A stretch of 64,000 nt of DNA from Methyloceanibacter sp. (lineage in GTDB: Bacteria > Pseudomonadota > Alphaproteobacteria > Rhizobiales > Methyloligellaceae). The stretch covers positions 56,601 through 120,600 of the forward strand of contig NZ_JBOHJB010000001.1 of the NCBI RefSeq assembly GCF_050728395.1, in the 5' to 3' direction. The position numbers and the translations under genes were made by a program. This document shows, in pieces, positions 9,833-20,300 of the stretch. A model generated the notes under the pieces. It saw only the letters and a program-made list of their open reading frames with translations, did not search any database and had not been told where the DNA came from. Numbering within the stretch: the first letter of the stretch is position 1; each line of letters starts with the position of its first letter.

Positions 9833-11059
9833 TCACACAGGGCCGGCATCGACCTGAATATCGAGAGCGTCGGCAATGCGCTGAGCCACGTCCGCATAAG
9901 TCGCCGGGGGTTCACAATCGAACACCGCATAGCCGATCAGGTTCCCATTATGCTCGAAGGGTCTGACCGGACTGCCTATGGGAACCGCAAAATTCAGCTC
10001 GATGAGTTCGGGCACCGACTGCCGCACCTGCGCAAAGCTGCCCGCTTTCGTGAGAGTCCCGCCGCTCTGGCTGCCGAAAATTAATGACCCGGCTCGCCGA
10101 CGATGCTGCCCTGCACCCCCGGTTTCGGGCGGGCGCCACGCCTCTCCCAGAGCGAGACGGATGGTGGCTTCCTCGACGTCGACGCCGGTCGCGCGCGTGA
10201 TGACCGCCGGGATGCCGTTTCCGCCGGTGCGGGGGCTCATCTCCAATACTACGACGCGGTCGGGCGCGACCTTGACGTCAAAATCCAAAGGTCCTCGATC
10301 GTAGCCGACAGCCTTGCAGCAATCCTCAACCGCGCTGCGAACACGCTGCTGATCATGGTCGCTCAGCGTCGAAGGGACGCTGTGACCAGTTACAGCGAAT
10401 GCGTTCAAATACTTGTCGGTAATTCTTGCAAACGACAATTCGCCATCAATCAAGATGCCGTCGCCGCTGCATTCCCGACCGCTAACGAACTCCTCGACGC
10501 ATACCATGCCCGCCGTCGAAAAGCTCTTGGCGACGGCGAAGGCCGCCGCAACGGCATCAACCGAAGCCCCCGCCAGCGTTCGCAAGCCGCGCGATCCGGA
10601 GGAATCCACGGGCTTAATGACGATCGGACAGCGGAGAACACGATCCACGCCAAGCAACCCCTCAAGCGACTGCGCCGCCACGAACTGCGGGTGGGCCATG
10701 CCCGCTAGGCGCTGCGCCTCGCGAAAGCGATGCTTCATGCACATGATCTGTGCGGCGTTGAAGGACACGCCGGGCAAGTCCAGCCGATCGCAAACATAAC
10801 CGACCGACGGGACTGCGATATCGGAACTGAACGTACAAATCCCATCAACCGCCAGCGCCCGCGCCTGGCGAGCGAGTTCTTCGCGATCAGCCGTGCTGCA
10901 ATTCAAAAATTGATGAGAGTATTTATGCCCGACACTTTCCGGTCGATCGTCAACACTGATGACGTAATAGCCGAGTTCAACTGCTTTGCGAATTCCCGGA
11001 ATCTGAAACACTCCCGCACCAAGCACCATCAGTTTCTTGGAACGCGTCTGGATCCGCAT
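9833..11059 (-). CDS. ATP-grasp domain protein (amide/peptide ligase-like)
   Basis: VLGAGVFQ, IVIKPVDSSGSRG, VEEFVSGRE and VLEMSPRTGGN motifs. Confidence 0.85.
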   Translation of the reverse strand: MRIQTRSKKLMVLGAGVFQIPGIRKAVELGYYVISVDDRPESVGHKYSHQFLNCSTADREELARQARALAVDGICTFSSDIAVPSVGYVCDRLDLPGVSFNAAQIMCMKHRFREAQRLAGMAHPQFVAAQSLEGLLGVDRVLRCPIVIKPVDSSGSRGLRTLAGASVDAVAAAFAVAKSFSTAGMVCVEEFVSGRECSGDGILIDGELSFARITDKYLNAFAVTGHSVPSTLSDHDQQRVRSAVEDCCKAVGYDRGPLDFDVKVAPDRVVVLEMSPRTGGNGIPAVITRATGVDVEEATIRLALGEAWRPPETGGAGQHRRRAGSLIFGSQSGGTLTKAGSFAQVRQSVPELIELNFAVPIGSPVRPFEHNGNLIGYAVFDCEPPATYADVAQRIADALDIQVDAGPV

Positions 11060-11190
11060 TGAAGGCGAACTTTCGATCGTCTAACCCCTTGCAAGAGAAG
11101 CCGCTATCGCATGGCGCAGGTACGTGAGCAATGGTGCAGGCCGCGCCAGGCAAGAAAAAAGACGCGGGTCGCCTTAGCTGCCGGCTGGTT

Positions 11191-12258
11191 TCAGGAAAAC
11201 TCGACCGAGCGTGGATCGCGCGCACTCTTGAATGGCTTCACCGGTTCGCGCTCGACAGAGCGAAACGTCTGCCTGACCACAAACGGCGGCCGCCTCTCGG
11301 CGGCCCAAACGATGCGAACGAGATACTCGCCGACGATGCCGAAGGCGCACATGGTGAGTCCCATGAAGAAGAGAAGCAGGATCACCAGCGTCGTGAATCC
11401 CATGACCCGAATATCGCCGATCAAATATTTCACCAGATAGAACATGGCCAAGATGATGGCGGTAGCCGAGGTCAGAAATCCGCCATAAGCAAGCAAGCGT
11501 AGCGGCAGCGCGGAATAGTTGACGACGTTGTCGATGGCTGCGGAGATCAGCTTGTGGAGCGGATAGCTCGTACGCTCATGCCGGCGCGCATGGTGCTCGA
11601 CGTCCACATTGGCAATGCGCCGCGTGACTTGGAAGATAATCAGCCCGACCCGCGGCTTCGGGCCGGCAAAGTCGACGACCGCGTCGGCGACCCTTCGCTT
11701 CATCAGCCGAAAGCTGTTCAATTTGAGGTGCTGCGGCACCCCCAGCGTGTGCCCGGACAGCCGCTTCATCGCCCAGCTCGCGACATTGCGAACGGGCGAG
11801 TGGCGCTTGGTAATGTATCGGCCAATGACGACATCGACCTCTGCCCCCTCCATGGCGGCAATGAGCTTCGGTATCTCCTCCGGAGGGTGCTGCAGGTCGT
11901 CGTCCAGCGTGATGACAAACTCCCCGGCCGACAGACCAAGGCCACAGACGACGGCATTATGCTGGCCAAAATTGCGCATCAGGTCGACGACCACCACTCT
12001 GGCATCGCGGTTCTGAATTCCGTGCAGCACGGAGAGCGAGTCATCGACGCTCGCGTCGTTGACGAACAGGACTTCGTAGGGCTCGTTCAAGCGGTCCATG
12101 ACGGACCGAAGCCGCGCATGCAGCTCTTCGAGATAACGAGCGGAATTGTAAACGGGAACGACAATCGAATATTTGGGCGTAATGGGCTGATCGTGCCCCA
12201 GCCCTACACCTTGCGTAGACCGCCTCGTCACCACAGAAAATCCGTCCCCCGATCTCAT
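11191..12258 (-). CDS. GT2 undecaprenyl-phosphate glycosyltransferase (ArnC/GtrB-like)
   Basis: SIVVPVYN, VNDASVDDS, RNFGQHNA, TLDDDLQHPPE, two C-terminal TM helices, GEYLVRI. Confidence 0.9.
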   Translation of the reverse strand: MRSGDGFSVVTRRSTQGVGLGHDQPITPKYSIVVPVYNSARYLEELHARLRSVMDRLNEPYEVLFVNDASVDDSLSVLHGIQNRDARVVVVDLMRNFGQHNAVVCGLGLSAGEFVITLDDDLQHPPEEIPKLIAAMEGAEVDVVIGRYITKRHSPVRNVASWAMKRLSGHTLGVPQHLKLNSFRLMKRRVADAVVDFAGPKPRVGLIIFQVTRRIANVDVEHHARRHERTSYPLHKLISAAIDNVVNYSALPLRLLAYGGFLTSATAIILAMFYLVKYLIGDIRVMGFTTLVILLLFFMGLTMCAFGIVGEYLVRIVWAAERRPPFVVRQTFRSVEREPVKPFKSARDPRSVEFS

Positions 12259-12390
12259 GAGCTTTTGGTTGAAACGAAAAATCGATAGTCAGGACAGGTA
12301 ATTGCTGGTGTTTGTATAGCACGATGGCTCATGCCTACAATCGGCAGCCCGCGATAGTGTCTTGACCGAACGGGCCGGCAAAGGGGTGCA

Positions 12391-13590
12391 ATGACAAGGA
12401 TCCCGTTCAACTCCCCGCCGCGCGCGAGCCGCGAGCTTGAGTATCTTGGCGAAGTCCTGCGCACCAGGCGCATTTCGGGAGGCGGCAAATTCACGCGCGC
12501 TTGCGAGGTGTGGCTGGAGGCCGCAATCGGCGCTCCTCGCGCGCTGCTGACCACCTCCTGCACCGCGGCTTTGGAAATGGCGGCGATGCTGTCGGGGGTC
12601 GGACCCGGCGACGAGATCATCATGCCGAGTTTTACCTTTCCAAGCACCGCCAACGCCTTCGTGCTGCGTGGCGCCACCCCTGTCTTCGTCGATATTCGCG
12701 AAGACACGCTGAGTATCGACGAAGCCGCGATCGAAGACGCCATCAACGGGCATACGCGGGCCATCGTACCAATGCACTACGGCGGCGTCGGCTGCAATAT
12801 GAGTCGCATTGCGGAAACCGCCAAGGCGCGCGGACTTGTCGTGATCGAAGACGCGGCGCAGGCGCTTTGCGCGCGCCGTGACGGCCGCCCGCTCGGTAGC
12901 TTCGGTGATTTTGCGGCGCTTAGTTTTCACGAGAGCAAGAATGTGGTGTGTGGAGAGGGCGGAGCGCTCCTCATCAACGATCCGACGCATGTCGACCGGG
13001 CCGTGATCATCCGCGACAAGGGGACCGACCGCCAAAAATTCATGAATCGTCAAGTGGACAAATATTCATGGGTCGATATCGGCTCGTCCTATGGACCGAG
13101 CGAGATGCTGAGCGCATTTCTGCTCGCGCAACTCGAGGAGGCCGAGGCGATCACCGCTCGCAGGCGGGCCGCCTGGGACCGCTATCATGAGATGCTGGAG
13201 GATATGGAGGAGGCCGGCGGCTTAAGGCGCCCCATCATACCGCACGCGGCAGAGCACAATGCACATATCTATTACGTGCTGATGCACGATGCGGAACAGC
13301 AGAGCCGCGCGCTCAGCCGCCTTGCCGAACTTGAGATCGGCGCCACTTTCCACTATTTCCCCCTCCATCAAGCCGCAGCCGGACGCCGCTTTGGCAAGGT
13401 GTCCGGCTCGCTCGCGAATACCGAAGAGCTCGCACCGCGGCTTATCAGGTTGCCGCTCTATGCGGACATCACCCTTGACGATCAGATGCGCGTCGTACGG
13501 GCTCTGGGACTTGTCTTGGGCCGGCGGAAAAGGCCTCACAATCCCCTTCGGGCACCCCGGCGGCGAGTCTTGGCACGACGGGGCTCATGA
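12391..13590 (+). CDS. wecE: dTDP-4-amino-4,6-dideoxygalactose transaminase (DegT/DnrJ family)
   Basis: LLTTSCTAALEM, PSFTFPSTANAF, SFHESKNVVCGEGG (PLP Lys), KGTDRQKF...VDKYSWVDIGSSY. Confidence 0.9.
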   Translation: MTRIPFNSPPRASRELEYLGEVLRTRRISGGGKFTRACEVWLEAAIGAPRALLTTSCTAALEMAAMLSGVGPGDEIIMPSFTFPSTANAFVLRGATPVFVDIREDTLSIDEAAIEDAINGHTRAIVPMHYGGVGCNMSRIAETAKARGLVVIEDAAQALCARRDGRPLGSFGDFAALSFHESKNVVCGEGGALLINDPTHVDRAVIIRDKGTDRQKFMNRQVDKYSWVDIGSSYGPSEMLSAFLLAQLEEAEAITARRRAAWDRYHEMLEDMEEAGGLRRPIIPHAAEHNAHIYYVLMHDAEQQSRALSRLAELEIGATFHYFPLHQAAAGRRFGKVSGSLANTEELAPRLIRLPLYADITLDDQMRVVRALGLVLGRRKRPHNPLRAPRRRVLARRGS

Positions 13591-15927
13591 TCGGCAGGCT
13601 GCTTCGACGATCGCCGCGAACTCAGCGAGGGACTCATCCGAGGCTAGATTCGCCTCCCCTCCTAGCGCTCGTCCGCCCCGCCCTTCGGAAATGGTAAACA
13701 CGCGATCGGCAACGGCCAAGCAGAATTGGCGTTCAACCTCCTGCCGACGCCGGATCTCCGCATCTTCAACCAGCGACGCTTCCTGCTCGCCATAATCGCA
13801 GAGGATGCATCGCGGCCAGTCCCCTATCCAGCGAACGACCGAAAAGAAGGGCGAGGTATGCACCACGATGCAGTCGATGTCGTTGGCAACCGCGTAAGCT
13901 GCCGCTTCGATAGGGTGACCGAGACGCACGAACTGATAGCCTTGGTGAGACACGCTGGGGCGCGCGCGCGAACTGCCAACGAACACCTCATGGCCAAGTC
14001 GAGCGAGGTGACCGGCTTGCAGTTCCAGCACCGCCGGCTCGTCTTCGAAGACCCTCTCGAGATTGCTTAGCATGAGGACGCGCAGATCGCCGCGCCGCCG
14101 GACGTATTTCCGCCATGGCTTGTCGCGCCGTGGCGGGAAAGCGATGTCGTAGGCGCGCTCGTAGCTCAGGTTAGGGCTGTAATACGGATCGTTCTGGAGG
14201 AGCCGTTTGTGCCGCGTCCGCAAGTAGCATCCCTCGGCAATGGCTCGTTCTATCTTTTCTCGTGTGTCGTCCCCTCCCCGAGATTTGGACTCACAATGGA
14301 TAAAGAGCGGCTGCGCCAGAAAAAGGTTGCGGTAGCCGCGCGCAAGCAGGTCACAACAGAACAGGACGTCGTTGCAGCCCACCGCCAACGACGTATCGAG
14401 GCCGCCGACCTCATCAAAAATCGTTCGGCGTATGGCGAGGCAGGCGCCGGTCACGGCTCCCACTTCGCGGGTAACGGCGGCGAGCCCGCAATATCCGCCG
14501 TCATTGGCCTGCAAGCCGACATGCGCATGCCCGGCGACCCCCTGGAGGCCGACGATCGTGCCCGCAAACTGAACGGTCTGGTCTGGATAAAGCAGCTTAG
14601 CCCCGACGGCGCCTGCGTCGTCCCGCATCGCCTGGGCGACCAACAACTCGAGCCAGCTCGGGTCGTTGACCACGGTATCGTTGTTGAGGAAAACCAAAAC
14701 CTCGCCGGTTGACTGCCGCGCCGCGAGATTGTTGAGACGCGAGTAGTTGAATGGCGCCTCGTCGCGCAGCAAATTAATTGCGCCGCGTTCCGCCGTCTCG
14801 CGCAAATAGCGAAGCGTGGCAGGATCAGTAGAGCCGTTGTCGATCACCACAATCTCGAGCTTGGCGCGCGGGTAACGGGTCCTCGCCTCGAGGCTGGCAA
14901 GACAGGGCTGCAGCAGCTCAAGCCTGTCCTTGGTGGGAATGATGACGCTGACGGATGGGAGCCTCTCCTCCGCCAAACAACGCTCGACGGGCTGGGCGCG
15001 CGGGGAGCGCGGGCTTCTGGCGTCATGGTAAAGGACGAATGGGACGTGTATGACCGCATCGCTTGCCGCCTCCTGCACGAGAGCCTCGGTCAAGCCGCTC
15101 ACAGTCCAGGCTTCACGCTCGCGTAGGATGCGGGCCGCATCAAACTCGATGTCGTGCAAGAACAGGCAAGGGCCGGTGTAGCCCGTACGCCGCAACAGCT
15201 CCGGAGAAAAACTCGGCTTGAAGCGGGGCCTGCGGCGTATACCGTGCGCGTCGAGGTGATCCTCGTCAGCATAGACGAGACATGGCGAGCGCTCTTTTGC
15301 GGCAACGAGAAACAGGTAAAGAGCATGCTCGCGAAGCAACACACCGCCTTCTGCCAGCAGCACACAGCGCCGCTCCGCGAGGCGATTATCGATTGGCAAG
15401 TCGGCGGCGGAGACCGTGAAGCGCGGATCATCCTTCACCGCCGCTCGTGCCGCGGCAACGGCATCCGCATTGCAGTGACGCGTGAAGAGCAATACGGCGT
15501 CGAAGCGTGAGAAGAGTTGCCGGCGGAGATGTTTCACGGTCGCAGCTGCGAATTTTGCTGTGCCTGCGTCAAACATGAACAACGCGAGCGGCACCGGCAT
15601 CTCCGCCTCGGCGATGTGCTCCACAATCGCTTTTTCATCGTCGCGGCTGAGGCTATCGAAGCGGCGTATCCACTCTTGATAAAGCGTCGTCTCGATCTGG
15701 TGGGACCGGCGCGCCTCGTCATCGTCGGTAAGGAGATGCTTCACATACCTGCGACGCAAAGAGGCCCAGATGACCTTGCGCGCCTCCTGCTCCGAGGGAC
15801 GCAGCGCTCGACAAAGCAGCGTAAGTCTCTCGCCCTGGCGCCTGAGCCAAAGGGACGCGGTAGCAGCCGTTACACGCCATCTCTTGGCAGGAGGTCTGAG
15901 CGGCGCCTCTTGCGTCGTGTTGAGCAT
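13585..15927 (-). CDS. Multi-domain GT2 glycosyltransferase (degenerate GT2 + active GT2 + partial GT-B tail)
   Basis: LVYADEDH...FKPSFSPELL, SVIIPTKDR, FNYSRLNN, FLNNDT, VTGACLAIRR...VGGLD, NDVLFC, HCESKSRG. Confidence 0.85.
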   Translation of the reverse strand: MLNTTQEAPLRPPAKRWRVTAATASLWLRRQGERLTLLCRALRPSEQEARKVIWASLRRRYVKHLLTDDDEARRSHQIETTLYQEWIRRFDSLSRDDEKAIVEHIAEAEMPVPLALFMFDAGTAKFAAATVKHLRRQLFSRFDAVLLFTRHCNADAVAAARAAVKDDPRFTVSAADLPIDNRLAERRCVLLAEGGVLLREHALYLFLVAAKERSPCLVYADEDHLDAHGIRRRPRFKPSFSPELLRRTGYTGPCLFLHDIEFDAARILREREAWTVSGLTEALVQEAASDAVIHVPFVLYHDARSPRSPRAQPVERCLAEERLPSVSVIIPTKDRLELLQPCLASLEARTRYPRAKLEIVVIDNGSTDPATLRYLRETAERGAINLLRDEAPFNYSRLNNLAARQSTGEVLVFLNNDTVVNDPSWLELLVAQAMRDDAGAVGAKLLYPDQTVQFAGTIVGLQGVAGHAHVGLQANDGGYCGLAAVTREVGAVTGACLAIRRTIFDEVGGLDTSLAVGCNDVLFCCDLLARGYRNLFLAQPLFIHCESKSRGGDDTREKIERAIAEGCYLRTRHKRLLQNDPYYSPNLSYERAYDIAFPPRRDKPWRKYVRRRGDLRVLMLSNLERVFEDEPAVLELQAGHLARLGHEVFVGSSRARPSVSHQGYQFVRLGHPIEAAAYAVANDIDCIVVHTSPFFSVVRWIGDWPRCILCDYGEQEASLVEDAEIRRRQEVERQFCLAVADRVFTISEGRGGRALGGEANLASDESLAEFAAIVEAACRS

Positions 15928-16253
15928 GTCCGAGTGTAGCTTGACCACCGGCGGCGAGGAATATCGATATCGCGGACGGTCGGTTGTGATGGTACACTGA
16001 CGATCATAGAGGGGTGAAATCTCTTTAATCGCGGGGAGTCTTGATGACTGGAGACCGCGGGTCCGATCCGCTGGGTAATCTGGTAGTGTCCATCCTTATA
16101 ATTGTGGCGGTTCTGATAGTCGTGCTGATCGGTGCCTGGTGGTTGTTCCGATAGAATTGAATCCTTTGGAGTGGCGTCGTCCGGAGCTTGGCGACAATCG
16201 CTCGCCGTCCGGCGCACGTAAACGAACCAAAAGGAGGCCACGATCGGGGCGGC

Positions 16254-17192
16254 ATGATTATCTTGCTCGGTGCCAACGGGTTCCTGGGAAGACACACCTG
16301 TGAACTCCTGGCGCGTCGTGGCGCGGAAGCTGTTGCAGTCTCCCAAAAACCGGATCCCCGGTTCTTCGCGCAGTTCGCGTCCTCGGTCCGCTATATGGAG
16401 GCGCACAGCTTCGCTTCGTCCGCAGGCGTCGAGGTCATCGCCAAAACCCGTGCCCTCGTCTATTTCAGGTGGAGTTCCGTGCCTGCAACTTTTGCCCAGG
16501 AGCCGTGGCGGGAGGTGCGGGAGAATGTCGAGCCGGCGTTTCTACTCTTTCTTCGCGTTGCCGAGCTCGCGCCGAAGGCAAAGATTGTCTTTCTTTCTTC
16601 CGGCGGCACGGTCTATGGACGCGAAGGGACAGGGCCCAAGACAGAGACATCGCCAACCAAGCCAATCTCATCTTATGGGGTCGGCAAGCTCATGGCGGAA
16701 GAGGCGCTCGCCTTTGTCGGGCGCACCAAAGGCTCTCCCTTCGCCATTCTGCGGGTTTCGAATGCTGTCGGCCGTTGGCAGACAAGCACGACGCAGGGAA
16801 TTATCGGGGCGGCATTGCGCGCCGCTCGCGATGGCGTCCCGGTCAAGCTGTTCGGCGGCGGAACGCAAGTCAGGGATTTCGTCGATGCCGGCGACGTCGC
16901 CGAGGCCATCTACGCCGCGAGTCTGGACACGACGCATCAAGCCGCGACTTGGAATGTCGGATCCGGTGTCGGCGTTACCGTGCGCGACTTGGTTGACAGC
17001 GTGGCACAAATGATCGGCAGGCAAATCGCCATCGAGCACGCCCCGCCGAGAGCCCTCGATGTGCCCCACGTCGTGCTCGACTGCAGCAAAGTGGCGAAGG
17101 ATCTTGGTTGGACGGCAAAAACCCCGCTTGACCTGTCCATTTCAAGTCTTTGGCAAAGCATTTGCGGGCCGTCCTGTGACGTGCCTCGTTGA
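16254..17192 (+). CDS. NAD-dependent epimerase/dehydratase
   Basis: GANGFLG, LSSGGTVYG, YGVGK (YxxxK), RDFVDAGD. Start trimmed to ATG 16254. Confidence 0.88.
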   Translation: MIILLGANGFLGRHTCELLARRGAEAVAVSQKPDPRFFAQFASSVRYMEAHSFASSAGVEVIAKTRALVYFRWSSVPATFAQEPWREVRENVEPAFLLFLRVAELAPKAKIVFLSSGGTVYGREGTGPKTETSPTKPISSYGVGKLMAEEALAFVGRTKGSPFAILRVSNAVGRWQTSTTQGIIGAALRAARDGVPVKLFGGGTQVRDFVDAGDVAEAIYAASLDTTHQAATWNVGSGVGVTVRDLVDSVAQMIGRQIAIEHAPPRALDVPHVVLDCSKVAKDLGWTAKTPLDLSISSLWQSICGPSCDVPR

Positions 17193-17342
17193 GCTTGCTC
17201 TTGCCGCATCGATGGCGCCTAAAGCATGATAGGCTGGTGCACAAAGGGCGACAAAGCTAACGAGCGCCTGCCATGCGGCAGGGGCTCTTTTCTTCGAACC
17301 TCTGAGCGTTTCGCGTCGCGATAAGAGTTCCAAACACAAGCC

Positions 17343-20300
17343 ATGTCTGCCCCCAGGATTGTGAAACGTCGCGGCTCGAGTGGATTGCGCGGAGCTGGAG
17401 GCAAGACTGGCAAGGACTCCCGCGCCAAAGGCAAGTCCAAGGCGGCAGAGCCGCCGCGGCATTCGGCGCAAAGACACTATCTGTCGAAAGATCAAATCAA
17501 GACGGATAAGGCGCCCGCCAAGGCCCCGAAAGAGACAAAGCCCCGAAAACGGACTCGCGTCCCAGATCCAGCTCTTGCTTCGGCTGTGCTTTCGAAATGC
17601 ATTCTCGTTGCAGGCATGCATCGGTCCGGCACCTCAGCGGTTACGCGGGTCATCAATCTGATGGGCGCCGATATTTCAAGCGACTTGATGCCTCCCGTGA
17701 TCGGAAACAATGAAAGAGGGTTTTGGGAATCGAGATCGATCGCGGCCATCCATGACCGACTTTTGGTGGCGCTGGACAGCGCTTGGGATGATGTCTTTCC
17801 ACTGTCGCCTCATTGGCTCGAAACCGACGCGGCAAGACAAGCTCAAGGAGAGATTAGTCGCGAACTCGAAGCGAATTTCGCCGACAGCCGCGTGTTCGTG
17901 ATCAAAGATCCGCGCCTTGCGCGACTCTTGCCCTTGTGGATCGAGCTTCTCGACAAGCGGCGGATTGAAGCCGTCATTGTCATGCCATTTCGCAACCCTC
18001 TCGAAGTCGCACTTTCGCTGAAGGAACGGGATGGGTTTTCGCTGGGCAAGTCGATGCTTCTTTACGCACAAAGCTGCTTGGAAGCCGAGCGAGCAAGCCG
18101 AAGGAGGCCCCGAACTTTTATCGCCTACGACGAGCTCTTGAGGGATTGGCGCACCCTTGCGAAGAGGCTCAAGACTGCGAATGTCGGCTTCGGCGCTCCG
18201 GACCAGAAGATCATCTTTGAGATCGAGCGATTCTTGAGTGCCGATCTTCGTCACGCGACGGCGACACGACGGGACCTCGCGGAGCATCGGGAGATCAGCG
18301 CCATTGTCGTCGAGATTTACGACCGGCTGACAGATGCGGCCAAGTCGGGCAGCGACGCGGCGTTGCGCCCAGCCTTTGACCGCATGCGCCGGACCCTCTC
18401 CGAGGCGATAAGGTTGTTTGGAGCTGCATCTCCGATCGAGCGAGCATCGGCCCAAGCCACATCGGCAGCGGTCCAGCAACGCGATGTCCCGGCGCCTGAG
18501 GCCCAGTCGGCCGCGAGCGACGCGTTACCCAAGGGGCACTCCGAAGCTTTGCGCGAAGCGGAATCAACCTCAGGCGAGATCGCTGCCCCCAACCAGGCCG
18601 ATCCGGCGATTGTCCATGCGCTCCAACTCATGGCGGAGACGCGGTCGGATTTGGCACGCCGGCTGGACGAGGTTAGCGCGCATGCCGGCAATTTGGAGGG
18701 GATCCGCCTTAGCCTTGCAAAGGAACTCGCCGCTGCCGCCGCCAACGCTGCGCATGCAACCAATCAAATCGCGCGGCTCGAGGCCGAGCGAGCGGAGCTG
18801 ATCCGCCAGCTTGCGGACGAACGGGCGCGCATAGCGGAGATGCTAAAGGAGAGGAGCGTATTCGAACATCAACTCGAGGACTTGCAAGCTCTGGTCCGAA
18901 ACCTGCAGTCGAAGGCCGAGACAGCGGACGCGCTCGCCCGACGGAGCGAATCGTCGCTCGACAGCTTGGCCACGCAGCTCGATGAGGCTCGAACGCTTGG
19001 AGCCGAGGCGCTTGCGAGCCGGGACGCCCTACAAACTCAGGTTGGAGAGGCGCGGTCGGAAGCCCATAAATTCGAGATGCAGGCGCAGCAGGCCGAAGCC
19101 CGCACGCAACAACACGCGTCGCAGTTGGAGCTGCTGACCAAGGAACTTGAGGCAGCGCGTGCCAGGGCAGACGAGGACCGGTCGGAGGCGGAGGCCTCTG
19201 AGCTACGGGCGCGGGAATCGGAAGCGCTGGCCCAAGAGCAGGCGGCGAGGATGACGACGGTGACTGTAGAACTCGACGCGGTCCGCGCCGGTGCGGCCGA
19301 GTTGCTCGTCGCGCGGGATGCCCACCAGGGCCAGGCCGAGACGGCGCGGAGTGAGTTGAAGCAACTCACGCAAAGGGCGAATGAGAGTGAGGCGCTCAGC
19401 CAACAGCAGGCGCTGCAGCTAAAGACGTTGACCAAGGATCTCCGTGAGGCTCGTGCCGGCGCGGCCGAGTTGGTTGCGGCGCGTGACGGACTGCGACGGC
19501 AGCTGGACGAGGCTCGGGCTGAATTGCGTAAGTTGGAGCTGAGGGTTCAGGAAGCCGAGTTGCGAAGTCAAGTTCAGGCGCTCAAGATCGAGGTGATCGC
19601 CGGGAACCTCATCGAAAAGCGCGACCGCGTTCAAGCGGCCGATCATTTAGGCCCAATCCCACAGGCGGAGACCTCATCGGCTGTAGAGCGAACTGCCGGC
19701 GTCATACGAAACAGCGGACTGTTCGACCCAGATTACTACCGACAACGCGCCGCGTGCGCCGCCCTCGACCCAGTAGTGCATTACGTCACGGCGGGAGAGA
19801 AGCTAGGCATCCCCCCCTCAACGCGCTTTGATCCGACCTACTATGCAGAGCGTTATCCCGATGTCGGCGCCGCCGGCACATGCCTTCTCGAACATTACGT
19901 GCTGCACGGACAGAATGAGGGTCGGAGGGCCACGCCCGTCGCGAACGATTTTGTCGAAGATCCGGCCCGGTTCGCGCCTGACAAAGAAACCATTCTCCTC
20001 GTGAGCCATGAGGCTAGTCGCACCGGCGCTCCCATTCTTGCCCTCGCGATCGGACAACTTTTAAGCGCGCGCTACAATGTGATCAGTCTGCTCCTGCGCC
20101 CTGGCGACCTCATCGAGAATTTCGAGGAAATCAGCTCACGCACAATCTATCTTGAGGAACGGTATCGATCTCCAATCGAGTTCAAATACGCCATCGCCTC
20201 GCTGCTGCGCGGGCAGCCGATTCGCTACGCGCTCATCTGCAGTATCGAATCGAGGGACATCATACCCGCCCTGGCTCGGGCCTTTATCCCGACCATCAAC

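Noticed and set aside
11458-11467. GGCGGTAG ops-like sequence (another near 23408)
   Set aside because: Both lie inside coding regions on the non-coding strand, not in an operon leader, and are expected by chance at this GC.
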